From contig CAWBMP010000002.1 in the NCBI GenBank assembly GCA_963790025.1, positions 480,001 to 544,000 on the forward strand: a stretch of DNA of 64,000 bases, read 5' to 3'. This document shows, in pieces, positions 39,088 through 49,199 of the stretch (positions within the stretch are counted from its first letter, which is position 1; the number at the start of each line of letters is the position of its first letter). Made by a program: the position numbers and the translations under genes. The notes beneath the pieces are model-generated. The model had not been told where the DNA came from. It did not search any database and was given only the letters and a program-made list of their open reading frames with translations. This stretch comes from Nitrospirota bacterium. GTDB taxonomy: Bacteria; Nitrospirota; Thermodesulfovibrionia; Thermodesulfovibrionales; Dissulfurispiraceae.

Positions 39088-40040
39088 TGTAATTCTTCCT
39101 GTTGCTGACTATTCAAATACCATTTATATGTGGCTTCAAGCCCCTGCTCCAGGGTAACCGATGGTTTCCATCCCAGACCCAGGAACCTCGAACTGTCAAA
39201 AAGCTTTCTCTTCGGACCATCAGGCTTCGACGTATCCCATAGGATGTCGCCCTTAAACCCTACAACTTCTGCTATGCGCGTGGCGAGCTCTTTTGTAGTG
39301 CAGTCGATGCCTGTGCCGATATTGTAATGACTGTTCTCAAGCCTGTCAGCGTTCATCATGGCAAAGAGAGACGCATCGGCCACATCCTCGCTGAATATGA
39401 ATTCACGACGGGGAGTCCCACTCCCCCAAAGCACCATTTTGTCCGCTTTCGCCATCTTTGCATCATGAAATTTGGTTATCATCGCGGGTATTACATGATT
39501 GTTTTCATATTCGAAATGATCATTCGGTCCATACATCGAATTCGGAAGCAACGCTACAAATCTCTTTGTCTTGAACTGGTTGTTGTAGGACTTGCAGGCG
39601 ATTATTCCCGCAATTTTTGCTATGGCGTAAGCCTCGCTCGTTTCTTCTATAGCCCCTGTCATAAGATACTCTTCTTTGATCGGTTGCCTGGACTCCTTGG
39701 GATACGTACATGACGAAGCATAATAAAAAAAATGTTTTACCCCATATTTATGGGCCGCCTCGAAGAGGTTGTCCTGTATCGCAAAATTGGTATGCAGGAA
39801 TGTGGCGGGAAAAGTTCTGTTGCCGACAATCCCCCCTGTAAGGGCCGCTGCCATAAAAACATATTCAGGCTGTTCATGCCTGAAAAAGTCGTCGACGGCC
39901 TGCTGCTGAGTCAAATCAAGTTCGCTATGCTTTTTTGTCACAACATTCACGAAGCCCCCTGCCTTCAACTTCTTCATAAGGGCCGAGCCCAAAAGTCCCG
40001 TATGCCCCGCAACGTATATCTTTGAGGATGTCAAGCTCAT
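39084..40040 (-). CDS. GDP-L-fucose synthase-like epimerase/reductase
   Basis: AGHTGLLGSA, SSCTYP, YAIAK, WGSGTPRREF, KPDG. Confidence 0.88.
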   Translation of the reverse strand: MSLTSSKIYVAGHTGLLGSALMKKLKAGGFVNVVTKKHSELDLTQQQAVDDFFRHEQPEYVFMAAALTGGIVGNRTFPATFLHTNFAIQDNLFEAAHKYGVKHFFYYASSCTYPKESRQPIKEEYLMTGAIEETSEAYAIAKIAGIIACKSYNNQFKTKRFVALLPNSMYGPNDHFEYENNHVIPAMITKFHDAKMAKADKMVLWGSGTPRREFIFSEDVADASLFAMMNADRLENSHYNIGTGIDCTTKELATRIAEVVGFKGDILWDTSKPDGPKRKLFDSSRFLGLGWKPSVTLEQGLEATYKWYLNSQQQEELQ

Positions 40041-40063
40041 CTCTTTTTTCTCTCCTTCAATCT

Positions 40064-41005
40064 TTAAACGTTACTGTATTTGCTGTTTGATACTATTTTG
40101 TAGCCTTTTATTAATTCCTTGATACCCATCTCAAGGGAAAAGGCAGGCTTGAAACCCTTCCCTTCGACCTTTTCATTGGATACAATGTAATCTCTTTTGT
40201 CCGGGTCCTCGCCGATGGGTGCCTCGAGATATACAAAGTCCGGGACCTGTTCCTTGATTTTTGCACAAAGCTCTATTTTGGAAAGGTTTGCTTCGGAAAG
40301 GCCGACATTATAGGCTTCGTTCTTCATGGCATCGAAATTGTCCATACCGTGGATGAACGCCCTTGCGACATCGCGAATGTGTATATAATTCCTTTTAAAG
40401 TGACCTTCGAAAACAACAACGAACCTGTCTTTGACCGCTCTATATGTAAAATCATTTACCAGCAGGTCTATTCTCATTCTGGGGGCCATGCCAAAGACGG
40501 TCGCCAGCCTGAAGCTTATTGAGTTTCCCCTGTCAAGGACAATCTTTTCAGCCTCCACTTTGGCCTTCCCATACAGGGAGATCGGATTCAGCGGTGTTTG
40601 TTCAGTGCAGAAGATGCCTTTTTGGCCGATGCCGTAACCGCTGTTCGTGGTCGGTATTATTATCCTCTGCTCTTTCGAAGCGAGCCCTGCCAAAGAGGCG
40701 ATCGCATCCCTGTTAGTGGTAATGGTCCCAATTTTATCTCTTCCGCAAAGCGGAGCGCCAACCAGTGCCGCCAAAGGAATAATATAATCTGCCTTTTTAA
40801 GGAGCCCCTTGAGGATGTCCTCATCCCTGGCATCGCCCCTTACCACATCGAAATTCTCGTTGGCACAACAATCAAGAAGAGAATTCTGAGCAAACATGAA
40901 GGTATCCAGGACGGTCACCTTGTGCCCCAATCTCAACAACTCAGGGACGAGTATCGATCCCAGATAACCAGCGCCGCCCGTAACCAAAACAGTGTTCTTC
41001 ATCAA
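40064..41005 (-). CDS. NAD-dependent sugar epimerase/dehydratase (extended SDR)
   Basis: TGGAGYLGS, YGKAK, RLATVFG, RMRIDLLVN. Confidence 0.88.
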   Translation of the reverse strand: MMKNTVLVTGGAGYLGSILVPELLRLGHKVTVLDTFMFAQNSLLDCCANENFDVVRGDARDEDILKGLLKKADYIIPLAALVGAPLCGRDKIGTITTNRDAIASLAGLASKEQRIIIPTTNSGYGIGQKGIFCTEQTPLNPISLYGKAKVEAEKIVLDRGNSISFRLATVFGMAPRMRIDLLVNDFTYRAVKDRFVVVFEGHFKRNYIHIRDVARAFIHGMDNFDAMKNEAYNVGLSEANLSKIELCAKIKEQVPDFVYLEAPIGEDPDKRDYIVSNEKVEGKGFKPAFSLEMGIKELIKGYKIVSNSKYSNV

Positions 41006-41054
41006 TTATTCCTCCTGGCCTCTTGCCCCGGCGTTGAACTTGCCGACACAAATC

Positions 41055-42065
41055 TCATTTGTTTTTTCCATTTTGATAACCCGGCATGTATACGATAATC
41101 TCAGAGCCGGTGAAGTCAAATTTAAAAGGTATGTGCAGATACCCCTTCAACGCTTTTTTTATCCTGTCTTGATACTCGGGTTCTGCATAAAAAAGCATAA
41201 AACCGCCGCCGCCCGCGCCCAGGAGCTTTCCGCCGAGAGCGCCGTTTTTAATAGCGGCTTCATATATGGCATCGACCTCACTGTTACTGATTTTGTCAGA
41301 CAGCCTTCTCTTTAACGACCATGTTTCACTTAAAAGCCTTCCAAAATCAGACAGGTCATCCCTCCCGGAAATGAGTGTCTTATATGCCTCATTGACCAGC
41401 TCTCTCATAGCAGACAATTCTTTTTTGTTTTTGGGAGTATTTTGTATCTGCTCTTTGGCTATCTCCGATGCATATCTCGCTATCCCGGTAAAAAAGAGCA
41501 TGAACTTGCTTTCAAAATTTCTTAAATGTTTTTCTTTCATTATTATGGGCTCGACAATAATCTCTCCGTTTTGCAAAAATTCAATCGTGTTCAGTCCCCC
41601 GCATGCGGCCCACACCTGGTCCTGCGAGCCCACGTTTTCTTTTATGAGGTTTTGTTCTATATGTATCGCCGTTTTATAAAGTTCTTCCTTTGTAATAATT
41701 TTCCCATCAAGTGCATAGAGGGTTTTAAGGAGCCCTACGGTAAATGCCGAGCTTGAACCCATGCCTGAGCGGGCAGGAATATCCCCGTCGTGATGGACCT
41801 CTATCCCATGCCCGATTTCCAAATACTTCAATGTTTCCCTCGCGGACGGGTGCTGGATTTCATCCAGATGCAATACTGTTTCCACTTTTGAATAGGCAAT
41901 CCTGTGTTTATGCTCAAAAAAAGGCGGAAGTTCCCTGCAAGTTATATAGCAGTATTTATCTATTGCGACTCCCAACACCTTACCCCCATTTTCCAGATAC
42001 CATGAAGGGTAATCCGTTCCTCCCCCGAAAAAAGAGATCCTATGGGGTGTCCTTGAAATAATCAT
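41055..42065 (-). CDS. GHMP sugar kinase, HddA-like
   Basis: RISFFGGGTD, SGMGSSS, GSQDQ, GKLLGAGGGG. Confidence 0.9.
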   Translation of the reverse strand: MIISRTPHRISFFGGGTDYPSWYLENGGKVLGVAIDKYCYITCRELPPFFEHKHRIAYSKVETVLHLDEIQHPSARETLKYLEIGHGIEVHHDGDIPARSGMGSSSAFTVGLLKTLYALDGKIITKEELYKTAIHIEQNLIKENVGSQDQVWAACGGLNTIEFLQNGEIIVEPIIMKEKHLRNFESKFMLFFTGIARYASEIAKEQIQNTPKNKKELSAMRELVNEAYKTLISGRDDLSDFGRLLSETWSLKRRLSDKISNSEVDAIYEAAIKNGALGGKLLGAGGGGFMLFYAEPEYQDRIKKALKGYLHIPFKFDFTGSEIIVYMPGYQNGKNK

Positions 42066-42775
42066 TGTAATGCTCCTTTAACAACATGCTTTAATTCCTG
42101 TTGCGCCCTTTTATAATCTTCGGGGACCCCGATATCAATAAAGTAATTGTCACAAATGAAAGCAAAAGAACTTATTTTCATTACATTATTATATAAAAAA
42201 TCGACCTCAAAAGAAAAAGCGCCTTCACTGCACTCAAAAAAATCTGAAATGGCCTTCCCAATCACAATGACCCCGCCGTTTACGTACCCAAAAGGCTTGA
42301 AAGACTTCTCGTCAAATCCTATTACTCTCTTTTCCTTCACTATCACTGTTCCGTATCTGTCGACATAATGCATGGGTTTTACGGCAAACGTTAATAATGA
42401 GTCATGTTCGATATGAAAATCAACCATTTTTCTAAGGTCAACGTCAAAAAAAGTATCGCCATTCAGCACAACAGCGTTGTCCCCTCTAACTTTCTTCAAG
42501 GCTTCTCTTATGGCGCCGCCTGTTCCGAGCGGTGTCTCTTCAACAATGTACTCTATATCGATTTTTTTATAGTTAGCGCCGAAATAATCCCTGATGACCT
42601 CGTATTTATATCCCACAGAAAGCAAAATCCTGCCTATATCCTGCCCTGACAGGTAGTCCATTACATAAGACAGAAAAGGCCTGCCGTTTATATCAGCCAT
42701 GGGTTTGGGAACGTCTCTCACCACGCTCTGAAGCCGCGTGCCGACCCCCCCGGCCAGGATCACCGCTTCCATCAA
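42062..42775 (-). CDS. Sugar-1-phosphate guanylyltransferase, HddC-like
   Basis: LAGGVGTRL, PKPMA, LGTGGA, NGDTF, FIDIGVPED. Confidence 0.88.
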   Translation of the reverse strand: MMEAVILAGGVGTRLQSVVRDVPKPMADINGRPFLSYVMDYLSGQDIGRILLSVGYKYEVIRDYFGANYKKIDIEYIVEETPLGTGGAIREALKKVRGDNAVVLNGDTFFDVDLRKMVDFHIEHDSLLTFAVKPMHYVDRYGTVIVKEKRVIGFDEKSFKPFGYVNGGVIVIGKAISDFFECSEGAFSFEVDFLYNNVMKISSFAFICDNYFIDIGVPEDYKRAQQELKHVVKGALQ

Positions 42776-43887
42776 TCCATTATGCCCGACACAATGCCGC
42801 TTACCATCCTTGCAATGGCGGGAGACGCTGTCAGTCCCGGCGACTCTATGCCTATAAGGTTGATAAGGCCAGGCAATCCCTTATCCGCTTCATCGGTAAT
42901 TACAAAGTCACTTGCCTTTTCGCCAGGACCGGATAATTTGGGACGAATGCCAGCCATATCCGGAATAAATGCATCTTCTTCGAGACCGGGTATGATCTTT
43001 AATGCCCCCTTGTAAAAGGCTTCTTTACTGGCAGCGTCAACCTTGTAATCGATACGATCGACATATTCGGTGTCAGGCCCGAAGCGCAGCCTTCCCCCAA
43101 GATCGAGCGTTGCATGGACCCCCAAACCTATTAATTCTTGGTGAGGCACAGGGTAGACAAGCATCTTAACTGGCGAGGTGTTTGCGTATGAAAAATATGA
43201 GCCCTTGCAAAACCTGAGTTTATATCCGCTCGCTGTTACGTCTATACCCGCGAGTCCGGCAATATAGTCTGCCGAAAGTCCGGCACAATTTATAACCACC
43301 TTAGACCTGAGCTGATAGTTCTCCTGCTTAATACCGACAATAAAGCCGTCTCTCTCATTGTTAATCTGTACCACTTCGCTGTTAAATGCAAAGATAACTC
43401 CCTTGTCTTCAGCCTTATTGAAGAAATGCTTCATCAAAGAATGTGAATCTACAATCCCGGTATTGGGGGAATAAATGGCTGCTATAGCGTTGGTATTGGG
43501 CTCAATCCTTTTAACCTCTTGCGCATCCAGAAGCGTCAAATCTTTCACCCGGTTCTTTGCACCTTTTTCAAGGAATTCCTCGAGGGACTTCAATTCGGTC
43601 CGGTCCGTAGCGACTATTAGTTTGCCCAATCTTTTGTGAGGGATCGAATATTCCTTACATTCCCTGTATAATAGTTCAGCGCCATTTACACATAACCGCG
43701 CCTTTAAAGAGCCTTCCTGATAATATATGCCTGAATGTATAACCTCGCTGTTGCGGCTGCTCGTCTCCTGACCAAAGCGATCGTGTCTCTCAAGGACTGC
43801 GATATTCTCGAATATCTCCGACAATTCCGCGGCAATCGCAAGGCCGACAACACCGGCCCCAATAATGGTTATCTCAACCTGGTCCAT
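42772..43887 (-). CDS. FAD-dependent oxidoreductase, L-2-hydroxyglutarate oxidase-like
   Basis: IGAGVVG, TSSRNSEVIHSGIYY, GIRPK, GIESPGLT. Confidence 0.88.
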   Translation of the reverse strand: MDQVEITIIGAGVVGLAIAAELSEIFENIAVLERHDRFGQETSSRNSEVIHSGIYYQEGSLKARLCVNGAELLYRECKEYSIPHKRLGKLIVATDRTELKSLEEFLEKGAKNRVKDLTLLDAQEVKRIEPNTNAIAAIYSPNTGIVDSHSLMKHFFNKAEDKGVIFAFNSEVVQINNERDGFIVGIKQENYQLRSKVVINCAGLSADYIAGLAGIDVTASGYKLRFCKGSYFSYANTSPVKMLVYPVPHQELIGLGVHATLDLGGRLRFGPDTEYVDRIDYKVDAASKEAFYKGALKIIPGLEEDAFIPDMAGIRPKLSGPGEKASDFVITDEADKGLPGLINLIGIESPGLTASPAIARMVSGIVSGIMD

Positions 43888-43969
43888 TGTTTCAAGTCCC
43901 TATCGAAGTGTTAATCATTTATTTTTATCGGTCCACCGGCAACCCAAACAGACGTCCCTGACGAATTCC

Positions 43970-44575
43970 CTAATCGGATACGGCAGCGGGAACGGCGGCA
44001 GGATTTCTTGAAATGGCCTTTGTTATGCTGTACCCGTTCGATTCCGGCGAACCATACAGCTTGATTGCCATCCCATAGCCGACCGCCTCGACGTCACCTT
44101 TAATATCCCTTGTCCATCCTTCTGAATTATAAAAAGTAATTGCTGCCGTATGGCCCAGTAAGTCATATTTCTTTATTGCATTACGGATGTATGCTTGATA
44201 GGGAGCAAAAATGAGAACAAAACCGTGCACGCCCCATATCCTTTTGGCAAGATAAAACCCAGTCACCAGCAGCGATATCATTGAAACGGCATAAACCAGC
44301 CTGAAAACCATGACGGGGTCACTAGCGACCATTTCCATGAAAGCGCACATAAATGAAGCGAGCATAGGCCGCCAGATCGCCGGGGAATCGAGTGGTGCGG
44401 CTATATACCCATTACCAAGCAGGAGGTTTTTTCCAATCATTATTTCAAAGACATTCCACTGGATTGTTGGAAGCAATCCGCCAACATGAAAGAAGAAGGC
44501 TGCACCAACAATTGCCCATAGAACCGGATATTCGGCAGCAATTGCTGTCAACATGAATTTGATTCTGGAAATCAT
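43970..44575 (-). pseudogene. Truncated or internally deleted membrane protein, possibly a GT-C remnant
   Basis: ATG 44575 overlaps the stop of the upstream gene (ATGA). TM, then GKNLLLGNGY...WRP.L, then TMs resembles a GT-C N-terminus, but the product is only ~200 aa. Confidence 0.45.
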
Positions 44576-45528
44576 ATATCCTGAGGGATGCCGCCCAATC
44601 TCATGTGGGAATGCAGAAAATAGGGCAATCCTGCGGCAACCGTAAAGAAAAAAGCCCCTGCCTGATATGCAAAAGACAGGGCCAGGGCCCCCTCCTTGGG
44701 CACGCCGAACTGAGACAGCGCCATCCAGAACGCCAGCTGCATAACGCCAAGACCGCCGGGAGTGGATGGAATAAGGAGACCGAGGTTTATAAACAGGAAC
44801 AGTACGGCAGCGGATTCGAATTTCAACCGGACGCCCTGAGAGATAAGCGCAAGGACCCCCCAATAATTGAACATCCAAACAATGAAGCTGAGCACGAGGA
44901 GATGCAGTATTTTGCCTGACTGATTTAACCGTGCCAGTGGAGAGAAAAAATTGTTCATAATGTGCAGGACCCTCTCAGGAATAAACAACATCCGGCCTCT
45001 GAGCGTCCTTAGCCGGTCCACGTTGAGCAGGAAAAACAGCATTATAAAGACCAATAACCCCCATACGGCAATCACTATTCTTGCACCTTTAAACGACAGC
45101 CCGTGGATGCCGTAAAACAAACATGCCATGAGCAGCAGCCCCAGCGATAATACGTCGAAAATGCGCTCGATGAAAACTGTGGAAAGAATATATGTCCTGG
45201 AGGCCCCGGTATGAGAGGCAAGATAGTATGCACGGTACAATTCCCCAGCGCGGAGAGGCAGAATATTGTTGACCATATATCCGACCATTATTCCCCCGAA
45301 AAGTGTTGACAATCTTATGTCGCCCACAGGCGACGTAGTGATGCGCCACATATAAGCCCGCACAACACAACTCGCCCCGAAACAGGCTATGCAAAGCAGC
45401 AGTGCAAAATAATTAATGCCCCTGAATGCGTAAATGAATTCCCTGAAGTTTATTCTATAAAATGCTCCGGCCAGAAATGCAATGCTGATTATCGTCCCAA
45501 GGGCAATTTTTGTGGTTCGTTTAGTCAT
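44572..45528 (-). CDS. Lysylphosphatidylglycerol-synthase TM / flippase-like membrane protein
   Basis: NNILPLRAGE, ERIFD, IPSTPGGLG motifs, ~8 TMs. Confidence 0.85.
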   Translation of the reverse strand: MTKRTTKIALGTIISIAFLAGAFYRINFREFIYAFRGINYFALLLCIACFGASCVVRAYMWRITTSPVGDIRLSTLFGGIMVGYMVNNILPLRAGELYRAYYLASHTGASRTYILSTVFIERIFDVLSLGLLLMACLFYGIHGLSFKGARIVIAVWGLLVFIMLFFLLNVDRLRTLRGRMLFIPERVLHIMNNFFSPLARLNQSGKILHLLVLSFIVWMFNYWGVLALISQGVRLKFESAAVLFLFINLGLLIPSTPGGLGVMQLAFWMALSQFGVPKEGALALSFAYQAGAFFFTVAAGLPYFLHSHMRLGGIPQDI

Positions 45529-45537
45529 CTCGATAAT

Positions 45538-45596
45538 ACAGTGTCAGTGATAGTGTCCGTTTAAGGATTCCTGCATGTACACTGCACTGACACTGT
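45538..45596. repeat. Short palindromic dispersed repeat, copy 2
   Basis: ACAGTGTCAGTG...TTTAAGGATTCCT...CACTGACACTGT with perfect 12-bp arms; same core as 7581-7650. Confidence 0.75.
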
Positions 45597-46306
45597 TATA
45601 TTTCATATCCGGCTGACTGGGCGTCTTTATAAAACATCTTCACCGTATCCAGTGAAAGTTCATCAAGTTCCTTGTCCACCAATGAAAGTTTTTTGAGGAT
45701 ATCATTGGTGACAGTAATAATATGGCAGCCGCATGCTTCAGCGTGGAATATATTGAGAAGCTCCCTGGAGCTTGCCCATAAGAGTTCGGCTTTGAAATTG
45801 GGTTTAAGTATTTCTGCTGATTTCTTCATAATGGGCATAGGATCGCGACCCGTATCAGCAATCCTGCCTGCGAACACGGACACTATGCTGTTCACCTTCG
45901 TCGACAGAACTTCAGACAAAGCCTCGACCTGACCGAGCGTCAGAATCGCGGTTATATTCAATGACAGGCCATCAGCAGAAAGCTTCTTGATGAGCGGTAT
46001 AGAAGACTCACCCTTCGTATTAGTTATAGGAATCTTAATGTTTACGTTTTTCCCCCAGCTGGCTATTTCGCGCGCTTCCCGTTCCATTTTGTCGAACTCA
46101 TCGGAAAACACCTCGAAAGATATGGGATGGTCCTTTATTTCAGCCAGTACTGCCTTTGCAAATGCCTTGTAATCGGTCACCCCTGCCTTTTTCATGAGCG
46201 TAGGATTAGTCGTAAAACCTTTCACTACCCCCCGTTTGTGCGCCTCTTTCATTTCCGCTATGTCGGCTCCGTCCGCAAAAAGCTTGATTTTCAGCATGCT
46301 CTTCAT
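45596..46306 (-). CDS. Small transaldolase-family protein (LmbR-like candidate)
   Basis: FADGA, GFTTNPTLM, ISFEV, IKIP Schiff-base Lys, SVFAGRIAD, LLWAS. Confidence 0.9.
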   Translation of the reverse strand: MKSMLKIKLFADGADIAEMKEAHKRGVVKGFTTNPTLMKKAGVTDYKAFAKAVLAEIKDHPISFEVFSDEFDKMEREAREIASWGKNVNIKIPITNTKGESSIPLIKKLSADGLSLNITAILTLGQVEALSEVLSTKVNSIVSVFAGRIADTGRDPMPIMKKSAEILKPNFKAELLWASSRELLNIFHAEACGCHIITVTNDILKKLSLVDKELDELSLDTVKMFYKDAQSAGYEI

Positions 46307-46899
46307 TTCTCCTCCATGTTTACCGATAAGGTATTATTTATAATATCAACAGCTTCTTTGAGGTCTCCTGCCCTGAACTCCGGTGAACTCTTACCTCTTT
46401 TATTCTTAGAGTGACCCTCGTCGATCAGTATAGTCTTCAAACCGAAAGACTGTCCGCATAAGGTGTCCGAATCCTGATCTCCTATAAACCAGGAATCCGT
46501 AATAGAAAAATCGAAATCCCTTTTAGCCTCTTCCAAAAAAAGCGTGCCCGGTTTGCGGCAGCGGCAAACGCCCGTCAATTCCGAAACAAGACCGTTCGGG
46601 TGATGGTAACAGTAATAATATCGCGCAAAACCAATCCCGTGTTCCAAAAAAATCCTATGGAGTGACTCATGAATGGCTTTGATGTTTTCCATGGATGTTT
46701 TCCCTTTCGCAAAGCTCGGCTGATTGGAAACAAGAAAAAGCAGGTACTCCATTTCCATCAGGGCACGTAATGACGACACTGTCCATGGAAAAAGCTCAAG
46801 GTCAGCTACATTATGGGGAGATTCGTATTCCCCTGTATTCGGATTGAATACCAGCCGGTTTATTACCCCGTCCCTGTCCAGAAATACAGCCTTTGGCAT
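46303..46899 (-). CDS. HAD-IIIA sugar bisphosphate phosphatase, GmhB-like
   Basis: FLDRDGVIN, VSNQ, CYHHP...CRCRKP, IGD. Confidence 0.9.
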   Translation of the reverse strand: MPKAVFLDRDGVINRLVFNPNTGEYESPHNVADLELFPWTVSSLRALMEMEYLLFLVSNQPSFAKGKTSMENIKAIHESLHRIFLEHGIGFARYYYCYHHPNGLVSELTGVCRCRKPGTLFLEEAKRDFDFSITDSWFIGDQDSDTLCGQSFGLKTILIDEGHSKNKRGKSSPEFRAGDLKEAVDIINNTLSVNMEEK

Positions 46900-48219
46900 C
46901 TATTTAACGGATTCCCATTTCATTTCGTATGCCTTGAGTGCGGGATGGGAGACAACCAAATGCCAGATGACTCCCTGAAAGGCTTCGGTATGGGGAGTCA
47001 CGGTTTCGTTGTTCACTGTCGGCACAAGCACGCAGGCATCAGCCACTTTCGCTGTATATCCGCCGTCTCTTCCCACCACACCGATAATACTGGCGCCCGT
47101 TTCTCTTGCATATTTCAAGGCATGGACAAGATTTGCGCTGATATTTTTTTCAGCATTGCCGCCGCCAACTGAGAAGACGAAGATGCAGTCATTGGCAGTT
47201 AGCCGGCTGCCTTTCAGCCAGTTGACAAACACGGTTTCCCATCCATCGTCATTAACGCGGGCTGTCAGTTCCGATACATTATCAGTGGGGGCATAGGACT
47301 CGATACCTGCAATCTTCCTGAAGTCGTTTACGGCATGGGCCGCATTACCAGCTCCTCCGCCGACTCCCAGAATGAAGAGTCTTCCCTTCTTCTCTCTCGT
47401 ATCGAGTAAAACCTTGACGGCTTTCTCTACCGCGTCCCTGTTTATGGAATTTGCAATGGTGACGACTTCAGACAAGTACATGTCTATGTAATCCCTGTAC
47501 CCCACTTTATTCCTCCCTTTTTTCCCATTTTCAAAAAAAATTCGCGTCTCTTCAAGCCCTTCATGAGAACCTATCTCGTAAAAGCGTTCCCTCACTTCGT
47601 AGCCCGCCATCTCTCCCCTGGATATCAAGTCCTTATATAGTTCCGCAAGATCAAAGGCCTCTCCTTCTCTTCTTTCTTCGAATACTTCTCTCTTCAGCAA
47701 AGAAAGACCATAGTCAATATACTCCATGTCAGGAGTTATGTCCTTCTTGTCGTATTTGACAATATTGTCGTTGTGATACACAATGTTGCTTCTGTCCCAC
47801 CGGTCCCTGTTATGCAGAACTGTCATAAGGGCAGGTTTTCCGCTCACCTCGAATTTCCGTTGTATGTCAGAATAGTCGCAATCCAGATATGAATCGCCGT
47901 ACAATACGAAAAAAGCGCTTCCCAGCATGGGCAGGGCTTTTTTCAGCGAACCGCCAGTACCCAGAAGAACGGGACCGTCATATGAATATTCGATTTGCAA
48001 TCCCATTTTGTCGCCGTTGCCGAGAGCGTCACGGACCATCTCACCCAAATAGCCTACGCATAGGACCACCTCCCGTATAGAGTTTCTTTTCAGAAGCTCA
48101 AGCTGATGCACTATGAAAGGCCGTCCGCCTATTTCCACCAGGGCCTTGGGTATTTTTTCCGTAACCGGCCTGAGTCTCGTTGCCAGGCCGCCTGCCAGAA
48201 TTGCAACAGGGAGCATCAC
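46900..48219 (-). CDS. Nucleotidyltransferase fused in frame to an SIS-domain phosphosugar isomerase
   Basis: LAGGLATRL...YGDSY...EIG (NTase); GVGGGAGNAAHAVND, FSVGGG, HTE (SIS). Internal GGAGG + GTG at 47504. Confidence 0.85.
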   Translation of the reverse strand: MMLPVAILAGGLATRLRPVTEKIPKALVEIGGRPFIVHQLELLKRNSIREVVLCVGYLGEMVRDALGNGDKMGLQIEYSYDGPVLLGTGGSLKKALPMLGSAFFVLYGDSYLDCDYSDIQRKFEVSGKPALMTVLHNRDRWDRSNIVYHNDNIVKYDKKDITPDMEYIDYGLSLLKREVFEERREGEAFDLAELYKDLISRGEMAGYEVRERFYEIGSHEGLEETRIFFENGKKGRNKVGYRDYIDMYLSEVVTIANSINRDAVEKAVKVLLDTREKKGRLFILGVGGGAGNAAHAVNDFRKIAGIESYAPTDNVSELTARVNDDGWETVFVNWLKGSRLTANDCIFVFSVGGGNAEKNISANLVHALKYARETGASIIGVVGRDGGYTAKVADACVLVPTVNNETVTPHTEAFQGVIWHLVVSHPALKAYEMKWESVK

Positions 48220-49199
48220 GACTGCGTGACCACCTTGGTCCCCTCAAAATCGAAACGGAAGCGTACTTCGTACATTCCGGCCCCGGCCATGGCATGGCGC
48301 AACCGCCTCTTGTCTTCAGTGTAAAACATTAGGAACCCACCGCCTCCCGCGCCTATGAGTTTTCCTCCAAGAGCGCCGTTTTTCAGCGCCAGATTATACA
48401 GGTCGTCGATATGGGAGTTGCTCATATTGCCGGAGCGTTTCTTTTTATATTCCCAGTGCTCGTTCATTATACGGGCAAATTCGCCAAGATCGCCGGACTC
48501 AAAGGCATCTTTGCTCCTGTACCCCATTTCCTTCACAAAATGCAGATTTGCAATCATTGAGTTGTCTTTCTTCTTACTCTTGTCATCCTGTTCCTTAAGT
48601 ATGGATGATGCGCTCCGGGAATATCCTGTGAAAAAAAGCAGCAGGTTGTCTTCAAGATTGTATAACGTCTCGCTGGATATTTTAAGCGGCCACGCTTCAA
48701 CCTGCCCATCGGTCAGGAATTTAAAACAGGTAATCCCTCCGTAAGCAGCTATATACTGGTCCTGTTTTCCTATGGGCTCCCCCAGTTTTTCTATCTCGAT
48801 ATGACATGCCTGCTCGGCCAACTCCCGGGGATGAACAAGGTTCTTTTTTAAAGTATGCAACGCCTTGAGAAGCGCTGTTGTAAAACTCCCTGATGAACCC
48901 AGGCCTGTACCTGCCGGGATATCAGCCATGCTGGTTATTTCAAGATACGGAGCAGCAATGTCCAATGCCTTCAGGGATTCCCTGATAATAGGGTGCTGGA
49001 CATCATCAATATTAGTAACTTTTTCCATTCTTGAATATTTGATAATTAATTCCTGAAGAAAGGTATGATGCAACGTGATATATACATATTTATCAATAGC
49101 TGCCGCAATGAGAAATCCCGTATGTTCCCGGTAGTAGGAAGGCAAATCGGTGCCACCGCCGCCAAGGGAAATTCTTAAAGGGCTCCTCGTGATAATCAT
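48216..49199 (-). CDS. GHMP sugar kinase, HddA/LmbP-like
   Basis: RISLGGGGTD, GTGLGSS, GKQDQ, GKLIGAGGGG. Confidence 0.9.
   Translation of the reverse strand: MIITRSPLRISLGGGGTDLPSYYREHTGFLIAAAIDKYVYITLHHTFLQELIIKYSRMEKVTNIDDVQHPIIRESLKALDIAAPYLEITSMADIPAGTGLGSSGSFTTALLKALHTLKKNLVHPRELAEQACHIEIEKLGEPIGKQDQYIAAYGGITCFKFLTDGQVEAWPLKISSETLYNLEDNLLLFFTGYSRSASSILKEQDDKSKKKDNSMIANLHFVKEMGYRSKDAFESGDLGEFARIMNEHWEYKKKRSGNMSNSHIDDLYNLALKNGALGGKLIGAGGGGFLMFYTEDKRRLRHAMAGAGMYEVRFRFDFEGTKVVTQS

Noticed and set aside
44576..44878. N-terminal 100 aa of ORF 43970-44878
   Set aside because: Out-of-frame overlap with the flippase-like gene; a coupled ATG at 44575 is more plausible.
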